NCBI GenBank assembly: GCA_046295155.1
Contig: JBKBNT010000009.1
Location: 36,851 to 100,850, forward strand
Reading direction: 5' to 3'
DNA length: 64,000 nt
Source: Beijerinckiaceae bacterium
Lineage (GTDB): Bacteria > Pseudomonadota > Alphaproteobacteria > Rhizobiales > Beijerinckiaceae
This document shows positions 8,953 through 17,110 of this stretch, one piece after another (positions within the stretch are counted from its first letter, which is position 1; each line of letters begins with the position of its first letter). The translations under genes and the position numbers were made by a program. The notes under the pieces were generated by a model. The model had not been told where the DNA came from, ran no database searches, and saw nothing but the letters and a program-made list of their open reading frames with translations.

Positions 8953-10206
8953 GTGAGAAGCGTGCAGAACAAGAAGGCCGGCAGCGGCCCGCAATCATCA
9001 GTCTCCCGCCGAACGCTGCATTTCTCCTACGCCGCGGGCCTGCTCAGCATGGGGCAGGCCGAGCTTCTTACCATGCTCGTGCCGCTGTGGGCGCTCATGC
9101 AGGGCGCGCAGCCGGCCGAGATCGGTCTGCTCATTGGCGCCAAATCCGCGCTCACATTCTTCCTCGCCATTCATGGCGGCGCCCTGATGGACCGCCTCGG
9201 CACACGCCGCGTCATGCTGTTCTTCGCGGCGGCCACCGGCGTGTTCGCCGCCGCCTATCCGTTCCTGCCGTGGCTGCCGGCGATGATCGCGCTGCAAATG
9301 CTGATCGGCTTCGCGGGCAACATGAACTGGATCGGCGCGCAGACAATCATCGCACAAGTGACCGGCGGCGATCCGGGCCTTATCGGCCGCTTCAGTTTCT
9401 TCGCGCGGATCGGCAACGTGGTCGCGCCGATCCTGATGGGCCTGCTATGGGACGTGGCTGGGCCAACCCTCTCGTTTCTGGGCGTCAGCCTCTGGTGCTG
9501 TTTCATGTTCCTCGCCGTGTCGCAGATCGAACTGCCCGCGGCGACGAACGCGATCACCGGCCGCGTCCGGCTTCGCGACGTCCTTCCGCGCCTGTCGGAT
9601 TACACTGGCGCCATCGGGCTCATTGTCCTGCCCGCCGTTGCGTTCACTTTGGCGATCTCCTTCATGCGCCACGCGACGAACGCCGCCGAGAATTCGTTTG
9701 TCATCGTCTATCTGCGCGATCTCGGTTTCGCGGGCACAATGATCGGGGCGATGTTCTCCTTCGCGGAAGTGCTGAACGGATTCGGCTCGCTGGCCTCGGG
9801 CAGGCTGTCCCGTCTCATGCCGATCCCGTGGATGATGGTGTCGCTGACGATGGCGTCGGCGGCGCTGCTCGCCGCGACTCCCTTCCTCGGAGGCAATTAC
9901 TTCGTTCTGGCGGCGGCGCACGCATTGCGCAGGGGCTGCGAAGGAGTCGTCCAGCCGCTCATGTTCTCGCTGCAGGCGAGGGCGGTTCCGCGCCATCAGC
10001 AAGGATCGATCGTAGGACTGCGCGTGACGAACAACAGGCTTGCCTCGATCATCACCCCCATCGGCATGGGTTTGATCGTTCAGGCATTCGGACTCACGAA
10101 CGGTTTCCTCGCGGTCGGCGCCTTGCTGCTCGTCGCCGGCTTCGCGCTCGCATGGGCGACGCTGCGCTCGCCGGAGTTGCGCGAGGGCCGGTTCGATCCG
10201 CGTTAA
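8953..10206 (+). CDS. MFS transporter (417 aa), paralog A
   Basis: ORF 8953..10206. MFS motif A GGALMDRLGTRRVM and many hydrophobic segments. It aligns along its whole length with the equal-length ORF at 24963..26216 (for example NMNWIGAQTIIAQV versus TMNWIGAQTLVAHA). Confidence 0.85.
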   Translation: MRSVQNKKAGSGPQSSVSRRTLHFSYAAGLLSMGQAELLTMLVPLWALMQGAQPAEIGLLIGAKSALTFFLAIHGGALMDRLGTRRVMLFFAAATGVFAAAYPFLPWLPAMIALQMLIGFAGNMNWIGAQTIIAQVTGGDPGLIGRFSFFARIGNVVAPILMGLLWDVAGPTLSFLGVSLWCCFMFLAVSQIELPAATNAITGRVRLRDVLPRLSDYTGAIGLIVLPAVAFTLAISFMRHATNAAENSFVIVYLRDLGFAGTMIGAMFSFAEVLNGFGSLASGRLSRLMPIPWMMVSLTMASAALLAATPFLGGNYFVLAAAHALRRGCEGVVQPLMFSLQARAVPRHQQGSIVGLRVTNNRLASIITPIGMGLIVQAFGLTNGFLAVGALLLVAGFALAWATLRSPELREGRFDPR

Positions 10207-10281
10207 CCGGATGCGCCGGCCCATTAGCAAACAGTTCACCAATCAAGGGAAATATGGACGAATCAATGGAGCGTCCCAGTC

Positions 10282-10494
10282 GTGTCGAACGTCATTTCCC
10301 TGCAACGCGTCATTCAGAGTCGGAACGAGAACTTCCCCAAGCCGCGCGATCGGCAACATGACTTCATCATGGACATGGCGAGCTATTGTCTCGAAATGCA
10401 GCCGCAGATGGCGGTGCGGGACAAGGCGCAATTGCTGCGCGTGCTCGCAAACCTTCTCGACACCACTGAAGATCCGATCGAAGCGCTCAGCTGA
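10282..10494 (+). CDS. Hypothetical small protein (70 aa)
   Basis: ORF 10282..10494 with a GTG start, mostly G/C third positions and no overlap with other calls. No family recognised. Confidence 0.35.
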   Translation: MSNVISLQRVIQSRNENFPKPRDRQHDFIMDMASYCLEMQPQMAVRDKAQLLRVLANLLDTTEDPIEALS

Positions 10495-10500
10495 CGGGCC

Positions 10501-10723
10501 TCAACGCGACAACACGCCGTTCTGCATGGTCAGGATGCGGTCCCTATAGGGCCGGGCGAGCGCCGGCCGATGCAGCGTGCAGACGACGGCCGTACCGCGC
10601 CGCCGCGCGAGATCGCGCATCAGCGACAGAACGGACTGTGCGCTCTCCGGATCGAGGCGGCCGCAGGTTCGTCCGCAAGCAGGATGCGGCAGTCCTGCGC
10701 CCGCGCGCGCCGGCTGCCGCGGG
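10501..10723 (-). pseudogene. Relic of an ABC-transporter ATP-binding gene (PhnC-like C-terminal part), 5'-truncated and frameshifted
   Basis: One reverse-strand frame reads ...QDCRILLADEPAAAS (Walker B). After a 1-nt frame slip it continues DPESAQSVLSLMRDLARRRGTAVVCTLHRPALARPYRDRILTMQNGVLSR*, covering the D-loop and H-loop. Walker A and the LSGGQ signature are missing or degenerate (LTRGSRRARA). The fragment begins immediately after the soxF stop at 10724. Confidence 0.7.
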
Positions 10724-11998
10724 TCAGCCGAAAATGTCGGCCGTTATGCCGGCATACCAGCCCATGTTCTCGGCCTGGTTCTGCTTGCGCAGTTCGGCGC
10801 TTTCGCCCGTCTTGGAAATGAACGGCTCGATGGTCGCGATGCGTCCGTCCTTGGCGCCGTACGAGCCGCCGACCTTGACGGTGTCGTCGGGCGCGATCAG
10901 CGACCAGCAGGTGTTGGCGTAGCGGGCCGGGAACGCGCGCGCGTTCGTCAGCTCGCTGCGCACGGCAAGCGCCGCCACCTTCGCCTGGCTGTTCGCCGAG
11001 AACGCCGATTTCGGCATGTCGCCGGCGATCGAGGCGTCGCCAAGGACGTAGACGTTGGGGTCGTTGGCCGACTTCATGTTCTCGGGCAGGATCGGGCAAA
11101 AGCCGGTCTGGTTCGTCAGCCCCGCCTTTATGGCGATCTGTCCCGCCGTCTGCGCCGGAATGACGTTGACGAGCGCGGCGTTCTTGTAGGTCTCGAAACC
11201 GGTCTCGACGGTGTTCGTCTTCGGGTCGACCGACTTTATCCCGTCGTGGATCTTGGGGCCGAGCCACTCGATCATGCCGGGATAATGGCGCTCCCAGCCT
11301 TCCTGGAAGAGACCCTGCTTGGAGAAGCTTTCCTTCGGGTCCAGGATGACGATCTTCGCGTTCTTGCGGCCGGATGCCTTGAGCACATGCGCCATCATCG
11401 AGACGCGCTCGTAAGGGCCCGGGGGACAGCGATAGGGATTCGGCGGCGCGATCATGACGATCGTGCCGCCATCGGGCACTTCGGCGAGCCGCTTCTGCAG
11501 GATGAGCGTTTGCGGGCCAGCCTTCCAGGCGTGCGGCATCACCTCCTCGAACTCGCGGCCCCAACCGGGCACGCTGTCGTATTTCAGGTCGATGCCGGGC
11601 GAAACGATAAGCCTGTCGTAGGGCAGGCGCGATCCGTCCGCCAGAACGACTTCCTTCTTTTCCCGATCGATGGCGTTCGCCATCTGATGGACCACACGGA
11701 CGCCCTGCGCAGCGATCTTGTCGTAGGTGTGCGTGATGGAGGCGAAGGTGCGGAACCCGCCGAGGAAAAGGTTCGAGTGGAAGCAGGTCACGAACTCTTT
11801 CGCCGGTTCAACGAGCGTCACGTCAATGGCGCCGTTGCTGTCCTTGGCGAGGTAGCGCGCAGCGGTCGCGCCGCCCGGACCGCCGCCGATGACGACCACG
11901 CGCGGCTTGGCCTGACCGAGGACGGCAGGCGAATGGAGGAAGGCAGCGCCCGCAACGCTCGCGCTGCCGGCGATCAGGCGGCGTCTGTCGATCATCAT
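10724..11998 (-). CDS. soxF: Flavocytochrome c sulfide dehydrogenase flavoprotein subunit (SoxF/FccB)
   Basis: ORF 10724..11998. Tat signal MMIDRRRLIAGSASVAGAAF. FAD fold KPRVVVIGGGPGGATAARYLAKD. Located in the sox cluster. Confidence 0.9.
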   Translation of the reverse strand: MMIDRRRLIAGSASVAGAAFLHSPAVLGQAKPRVVVIGGGPGGATAARYLAKDSNGAIDVTLVEPAKEFVTCFHSNLFLGGFRTFASITHTYDKIAAQGVRVVHQMANAIDREKKEVVLADGSRLPYDRLIVSPGIDLKYDSVPGWGREFEEVMPHAWKAGPQTLILQKRLAEVPDGGTIVMIAPPNPYRCPPGPYERVSMMAHVLKASGRKNAKIVILDPKESFSKQGLFQEGWERHYPGMIEWLGPKIHDGIKSVDPKTNTVETGFETYKNAALVNVIPAQTAGQIAIKAGLTNQTGFCPILPENMKSANDPNVYVLGDASIAGDMPKSAFSANSQAKVAALAVRSELTNARAFPARYANTCWSLIAPDDTVKVGGSYGAKDGRIATIEPFISKTGESAELRKQNQAENMGWYAGITADIFG

Positions 11999-12065
11999 CG
12001 GTACCCCTCTCTTTTATACATCAAGATTACGTGATTTTATTATATTTCCACGTCTCTTACGTATA

Positions 12066-12584
12066 TCATCCAATCTTGAGATAAGCAAACCCCTTCGCCT
12101 GCAAGGCGGCGACTGTCGCGACGCCCGACGGCACGAAGCGGATCCAGTCGGCCTTCCGGACCTTGCCCCGGTCGAGCTTCAGGCGCTCGAATGTGATGTT
12201 GCAGAGGTAGACCTTGAGGCCGTTCTTCGCTTGCGCCTCAATCGTCGGGAATATTTTCGGCACCATGATTTCATCGCGCCAGTTTGTGTCTTCCAGATTC
12301 TCCAGGAAGAACTTGACCCCGGCTCCGTGAGCGACAAGCGCAAGCTGGAGAGCAAAGGGATCCGCTCCGACAGCTGAATAATGATTGCTGATGTTGGTCA
12401 TCATCTGGACGAAGCGCGGCGCGTCGCCGAAATCGCAGTGATAGAGGCAGGCGACGTCGGCGTCCTTCTTGATGTCCGAGAGGGGCGTCATGGCTGGCGC
12501 CTGTGCGAGCGCGCTCGACGCCGCGACGCCGGCGCCTGCGGCGGCAATCGTTCCGATAAGGGCTCGTCTGTTGACGTCGGTCAT
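12066..12584 (-). CDS. DsrE/DsrF-like (COG1416-type) protein with a twin-arginine signal
   Basis: ORF 12066..12584. Tat-type N-terminus MTDVNRRALIGTIAAAGAGVAASSALAQA. DsrE-like blocks ACLYHCDFGD, LVAHGAGVKFF and VYLCNITFERL, the last holding the conserved Cys position. Confidence 0.7.
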   Translation of the reverse strand: MTDVNRRALIGTIAAAGAGVAASSALAQAPAMTPLSDIKKDADVACLYHCDFGDAPRFVQMMTNISNHYSAVGADPFALQLALVAHGAGVKFFLENLEDTNWRDEIMVPKIFPTIEAQAKNGLKVYLCNITFERLKLDRGKVRKADWIRFVPSGVATVAALQAKGFAYLKIG

Positions 12585-12618
12585 GCTGTCCTCCCTGGTT
12601 TTCGGCCTGATTATGCGT

Positions 12619-12951
12619 TCATTGATGGCGCTTCAGCTCGCTAAAGTAGGCCGCCAGCGCGGCGATCTCCTCATCCGATAGCCGCGCCGCGATCGTTCGC
12701 ATGACCTGGTTGTCCCGGTCCTTGTTCTTGTAGGAATGCATTACAGCGACAAATTGCTCGTCCGGCCAACCGGTGATGGAGGGCACGCCTCCGGTCTGCT
12801 CGCCCGACGCCTGATGACACGTCACACATTCCGACGACAGATATTGTCCCAGTTCCTTGTCGCCCTTCTGCGCGCTCGCGGCCGGCGCCTGCGCGATCGC
12901 CGCCGCGCAGAACGCCGTCAGGGCGGGAAGGACGAGTAGTCCTGCCTTCAC
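12619..12951 (-). CDS. Monoheme class I c-type cytochrome (110 aa)
   Basis: ORF 12619..13047, trimmed to GTG 12951 (VKAGLLVLPALTAFCAAAIAQA signal). Single CVTCH heme motif. The GTG overlaps the soxD stop as GTGA. Confidence 0.75.
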   Translation of the reverse strand: MKAGLLVLPALTAFCAAAIAQAPAASAQKGDKELGQYLSSECVTCHQASGEQTGGVPSITGWPDEQFVAVMHSYKNKDRDNQVMRTIAARLSDEEIAALAAYFSELKRHQ

Positions 12952-13664
12952 TCGACGCGGGGGGCGGTCTTGCTGTCCGGCGTCACGTCCAGCACGCGGG
13001 CATGTCCCGTCACCTTCGCAGGCTCCGGCTTGCAGTTCGTCATGCATGGGTTCTTCTTCCAGAAAGCCTTTTCCGTGGTCTCGCGATCGTCGTCATAGAA
13101 TGCGCCCACGTTTGGCAACTTCACGCTCGTGAAATTTTCCTTCGAGAGCTCGAAGTCGTCCTTCACGAGGTCGTTCAGATGGAGAAGATAGGCGACGACG
13201 GCGTAGGTTTCATCTGGCGTCAGCGATTGACCGTTGCCGAACGGCATGGCGCGGTAGATGTAGTCCCACGCGGTCGAAAGATACGGCCAGAAGGACCCGA
13301 TCGTCTTCTCCGGGTTTTCGGACTTCAGTGAACCCGCGCCTCCGGCAAGCACCGGCCAGCGGCCGGCGCCTTCGCCGAACTCGCCGTGACAGGCGGCGCA
13401 GCGTTCAAGGAAGATTTCCTCGCCCTCTTTCACGCTGCCCTTGCCGGGGGGAAGCCCAAGGCCGTCCGGGCGCACGTCGATGTCCCAGGCCGCAATCTCC
13501 TGCGGCAGGGCGGGGCGGCCAAGGTTGACTTTCGGCGGCGCCGGGGCGGTCTGCGCCGCGGGAGCCTTTCCGCCCGGCGCCTTCTGCTGCTGGGCGAGAC
13601 CAGCGACCGGCGCAATCAGCCCGACGGCGATCGCGAGGGCTACCGCTTTACGAGATTTCGACAT
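12948..13664 (-). CDS. soxD: SoxD, cytochrome c subunit of sulfane dehydrogenase SoxCD (short, single CxxCH)
   Basis: ORF 12948..13664 with a signal peptide. CAACHGEFGEGAGRWPVLAGG...FWPYLSTAWDYIYRAMPFG is typical of SoxD. GGAGAG lies upstream of ATG 13664. Confidence 0.85.
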   Translation of the reverse strand: MSKSRKAVALAIAVGLIAPVAGLAQQQKAPGGKAPAAQTAPAPPKVNLGRPALPQEIAAWDIDVRPDGLGLPPGKGSVKEGEEIFLERCAACHGEFGEGAGRWPVLAGGAGSLKSENPEKTIGSFWPYLSTAWDYIYRAMPFGNGQSLTPDETYAVVAYLLHLNDLVKDDFELSKENFTSVKLPNVGAFYDDDRETTEKAFWKKNPCMTNCKPEPAKVTGHARVLDVTPDSKTAPRVE

Positions 13665-14919
13665 TCTCGGTCTCTCCGTTCCCGCGCACCAGCCATGTCT
13701 GGATGCCGTTATTGTGATAAATCGAGTTGAGGCCGCGGACCTGCCTCAGTTCGTCCTTCGTCGGCTGCACGTACCCGGTCTCGTCCATCGCGCGCGACTG
13801 AATGAGCAATTCGCGGCCGTCCCAATCGAAGTCGAAATAGAAGCGCGTCATCGAGCGCGACAGAACCGGTCCGTCGAGCCGCGCCGTCCGCCAGTTGCGG
13901 CCGCCGTCGAGAGAAACGTCGACGCGCTCGACCCGGCCACGGCCCGACCACGCTATCCCGGAGAGAACGTTGGGTCCCTTGTGCAACAGGGGAGCTTGCG
14001 GGGACGGATTCGTCACGACGGACTTGGCGTCCATGATGAAGGTGAAGCGGCGCGAGCGCCCGTCCGCAAGAAGGTCCGTGTACTTGGACGTTTCCTCGCG
14101 GGCCTGCCAGGGCTCGTCGCCGAGTTCGAGGCGCCGCAGCCATTTGATCCACATGTTGCCTTCCCATCCGGGGACAACGAGGCGGACCGGATAACCCTGT
14201 TCCGGGCGAAGCGCTTCGCCGTTCATGCCCCAGGCGACGATGCAATCGTCGAGGGCCTTCTGAAGCGGAATCGAGCGAGTCATCATTGACGCGTCGCCGC
14301 CTTCGGCCAGAACCCACCTGGCGTTCGTCTTCACTCCGGCCTGATCCAGCAGCGTGCGCAGCGGAATGCCCGTGTACCAGACGTTATGGATCATGCCGTG
14401 CGTGAACTGGCACCCGTTCAACTGCGCGCCGCGCCATTCCATTCCGGAATTGGCGGCGCATTCGAGGAAGTAGAGTTTGTTTACGCGGCCGGGGAATCGC
14501 TTGAGGTCTTCCATCGTGAAGACAAGCGGCTTGTCTACAAGGCCGTGGATCATGATGCGATGCTTGGCCGGATCTATGTCCGCGATGCCGCCGTGATGAC
14601 GCTCGAACGCAAGGCCGGATGGCGTCACGTTTCCATCAAGCGCGTGAAGCGGCGTGAAGTTGACAGAGGACTCGCGGCTGGCCGTGAGCCATTCGACGTC
14701 ACGCCGCACGACACCCTTCTCGTACTTGGACGGGCTGCCATAAGGATGGGCCTGCACGCCTTCGCCGAGGTAGCGGTTCCAGTCCTGCACTTCGGTGATG
14801 ACGGTTTCGGGTTCGGCGGCGCGCGCGGGCAGGGCGCCGGCGGCAAGACCAGCTCCGGCAAGTCCCGCTGCGCCCAGAAACCGGCGCCTGTTGAGCGGTG
14901 TTTCGGAACGATCGACCAT
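13648..14919 (-). CDS. soxC: SoxC, molybdopterin subunit of sulfane dehydrogenase
   Basis: ORF 13648..14982. I prefer ATG 14919 (MVDRSETPLNRRRFLGAAGLAGAG, Tat motif), preceded by GAGGAGAGAGGGAAAC. Sulfite-oxidase-family body. Its 3' end overlaps the soxD start by 17 nt. Confidence 0.9.
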   Translation of the reverse strand: MVDRSETPLNRRRFLGAAGLAGAGLAAGALPARAAEPETVITEVQDWNRYLGEGVQAHPYGSPSKYEKGVVRRDVEWLTASRESSVNFTPLHALDGNVTPSGLAFERHHGGIADIDPAKHRIMIHGLVDKPLVFTMEDLKRFPGRVNKLYFLECAANSGMEWRGAQLNGCQFTHGMIHNVWYTGIPLRTLLDQAGVKTNARWVLAEGGDASMMTRSIPLQKALDDCIVAWGMNGEALRPEQGYPVRLVVPGWEGNMWIKWLRRLELGDEPWQAREETSKYTDLLADGRSRRFTFIMDAKSVVTNPSPQAPLLHKGPNVLSGIAWSGRGRVERVDVSLDGGRNWRTARLDGPVLSRSMTRFYFDFDWDGRELLIQSRAMDETGYVQPTKDELRQVRGLNSIYHNNGIQTWLVRGNGETENVEIS

Positions 14920-14978
14920 GTTTCCCTCTCTCCTCAAATCGCGCGTAGCGGCCTGTCGCGCCGCGCCGGCGTTGTCGC

Positions 14979-16676
14979 TCACGCGCCCGTGACCTTGACC
15001 GAATTGTTCGGTTCGAGACGGACCGTTTTCACGCGTGCGAGATATTTCTCGACGACATCCCAGATCGGCGGGCCTTCGACGTTCTGGTTGATGCTCGCCC
15101 AGCCCGCGATGACGTAGTTGCGCTTGGGGTCGATCGGTTTGCCGGTCTTCAGTTCGACGAGATTGCTGATGCGCTGGTTCATGGGCTTCGAGACGTCGAT
15201 CGAGTAGCCGACACCGCCCACGCGAACCATGTCGCCCCCACCCTGGAAATAGGGATCCGGGTGGAAGATGTTGTCAGCCACATCCTCGAGCACCATGCGC
15301 AACTGCTCGCCGGACATCGTGTTGCGGTAGCAGTTCGGGTAGGTCATGGCGGTCGCATTGGCGAGCGCGTCGAAGGTGATCGCGTCGCCGGGCACGAGCG
15401 TGCCGCCCCAGCGGAAGCCGGGCGACAACGAAATCTCGGCGTCGCGCTCTTCGATCATTGCCTGACAGATGAGATCGTCGAACGTGCCATTGAAATTGCC
15501 GCGGCGATAAAGAAGCGATTCCGTCGTCGCAAGCTGGCGGGAGAGATCCTTCTCGAACGGAGCGCGGATCTTTTCGACGAGCGCCTTCATTTCCGGGTCC
15601 GGCATGATCACGTCCGAGAAGACTGGCATCAGCTTGTAGCGGAAGCCGGTGACCTTCTTGTTCTTCACTTCGAGGTCGAGGCGCGACAGGAACTTGCCGT
15701 GCGAGCCGGACGCGATGATGATCGTACCGCCTTCGCGGATGACTCCGGGCATGGCGTCATGGGTGTGCGCGGTGAGGATGACATCGATGCCTTTTACGCG
15801 CGACGCCAGCTTGCGGTCGACGTCGAACCCGTTGTGGGACAGAAGGACGACGACGTCGGCGCCATCGGCGCGCGATTCCTCGACCTGCTTCGCGATATCG
15901 TCTTCGCGGATGCCAAACTCCCAGTCCGGGAACATCCAGCGCGGATTGGCGACGGCAGTGCGGGGCAGGGCCTGGCCGATGACCGCGATCTTTGCGCCAC
16001 CGCGCTCGAACATCTTTCGCGCTTCGAAGACCGGCTCCTGCCATTCCATCGATCGCACGTTCTGCGCGAGGAACGCGAAGGGTGCGCTCTTGACGATCTC
16101 CTGCACGCGGTCGGCGCCGTAGGTGAATTCCCAGTGCGATGTCATGGCGTCGATCTTCAGGGCGCTCTGGACATCCACCATGTCCTGTCCCTTGGTCTGC
16201 AGCGACGTCCAGCTTCCCTGCCAGGTGTCGCCGCCATCGAGAAGCAGAACGTTATTGTCGCCGCGCTCGGCGCGAACGGCCTTGATCAACGTCGCCACGC
16301 GGTCCATGCCGCCCATGCGGCCGTAGTTCCTCGCGAGCTGAACGAAGTCGTCTGACGTCAGCGCGTAGGCGTCGGGCGATCCCGCCGCGATGTTGAAATA
16401 CTTTCGGAACGCTTCGTCTGTGAGGTGCGGCGGCTTGCCCCTCACTTCGCCGACGCCGAGGTTCACGGCCGGTTCGCGGAAGTATAACGGAACCAACTGC
16501 GCGTGAACGTCTGTGATGTGGAGTATCGTCACCGCGCCCAGATTGTCGAACCGGGTGATGTCCGCCTGCGTCAGTCGCTGCTGCGCCGCGACGCGTCCCA
16601 GGGGGCCGAGGCCGGAGGCGCTTGTAATCAGGCCAGCCGCAGCCGTCGCCTGGAGAAACTCCCTGCGTGAAATCAT
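14979..16676 (-). CDS. soxB: SoxB thiosulfohydrolase (metallophosphoesterase/5'-nucleotidase family)
   Basis: ORF 14979..16814, trimmed to ATG 16676 (MISRREFLQATAAAGL, Tat). Contains ILHITDVHAQL, LLDGGDTWQGS and VLLSHNGFDVD metallophosphoesterase blocks. Confidence 0.92.
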   Translation of the reverse strand: MISRREFLQATAAAGLITSASGLGPLGRVAAQQRLTQADITRFDNLGAVTILHITDVHAQLVPLYFREPAVNLGVGEVRGKPPHLTDEAFRKYFNIAAGSPDAYALTSDDFVQLARNYGRMGGMDRVATLIKAVRAERGDNNVLLLDGGDTWQGSWTSLQTKGQDMVDVQSALKIDAMTSHWEFTYGADRVQEIVKSAPFAFLAQNVRSMEWQEPVFEARKMFERGGAKIAVIGQALPRTAVANPRWMFPDWEFGIREDDIAKQVEESRADGADVVVLLSHNGFDVDRKLASRVKGIDVILTAHTHDAMPGVIREGGTIIIASGSHGKFLSRLDLEVKNKKVTGFRYKLMPVFSDVIMPDPEMKALVEKIRAPFEKDLSRQLATTESLLYRRGNFNGTFDDLICQAMIEERDAEISLSPGFRWGGTLVPGDAITFDALANATAMTYPNCYRNTMSGEQLRMVLEDVADNIFHPDPYFQGGGDMVRVGGVGYSIDVSKPMNQRISNLVELKTGKPIDPKRNYVIAGWASINQNVEGPPIWDVVEKYLARVKTVRLEPNNSVKVTGA

Positions 16677-16756
16677 CTTGCTTCCCTGTGTGAGGCCGCG
16701 TTCCTGCAGCCCGAAAGGATCGAAGGCGGCGCTGCATTGGCGCCGCCCCGGCCTTG

Positions 16757-17083
16757 TCAGCCGACGGCGAGCTTCGCCGTGGAGGTGTATTCGGAACCGT
16801 CGTCGTCCTTCCACGCGAACTTGAATTCGCCGGACTCGGTCGCCTTGAAGAAGAACGACTGATAGGGGTTCGCGGAGATGGACGGATACCAGTCCGCCTC
16901 GAAGAACGTCTTGCCGTTGAACGAAGCGGTAAACTTGTTGATGATTTTGCGCGGCACGACCTTGCCGGAGGAATCGCGGCGCTGGCCGCTTTCCATCTCG
17001 TGCGAGATCAGCGACTTCACCTCGATGATTTCGCCAGCCTTCGCCTTGTTGGGGACGCGGACGCGCGGTACGGGATTCGCCAT
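16757..17083 (-). CDS. soxZ: SoxZ sulfur-carrier complex subunit
   Basis: ORF 16757..17083, 108 aa. MANPVPRVRVPNKAKAGEIIEVKSLISHEMESG is a typical SoxZ N-terminus. Confidence 0.9.
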   Translation of the reverse strand: MANPVPRVRVPNKAKAGEIIEVKSLISHEMESGQRRDSSGKVVPRKIINKFTASFNGKTFFEADWYPSISANPYQSFFFKATESGEFKFAWKDDDGSEYTSTAKLAVG

Positions 17084-17110
17084 TGTTCCTGCTCCTGTAT
17101 CTTTATTCGC

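Noticed and set aside
8511-10361. 616-aa plus-strand ORF overlapping the rhodanese 3' end and the whole MFS gene
   Set aside because: It is out of frame with two well-supported genes. Its composition is Arg/Ala/Pro-rich with no hydrophobic segments or motifs.
10577-12034. 485-aa plus-strand ORF
   Set aside because: It is antisense to soxF, which has Tat and FAD-binding motifs. There is no recognisable domain. It is a GC-rich antisense artefact.
14920-14982. GTG 14982 start for soxC, which would overlap the soxB stop as GTGA
   Set aside because: ATG 14919 is preceded by a strong GAGGAGAGAGGGAAAC ribosome-binding site and places the Tat motif at a normal distance from the N-terminus. The upstream extension adds 21 non-signal residues.
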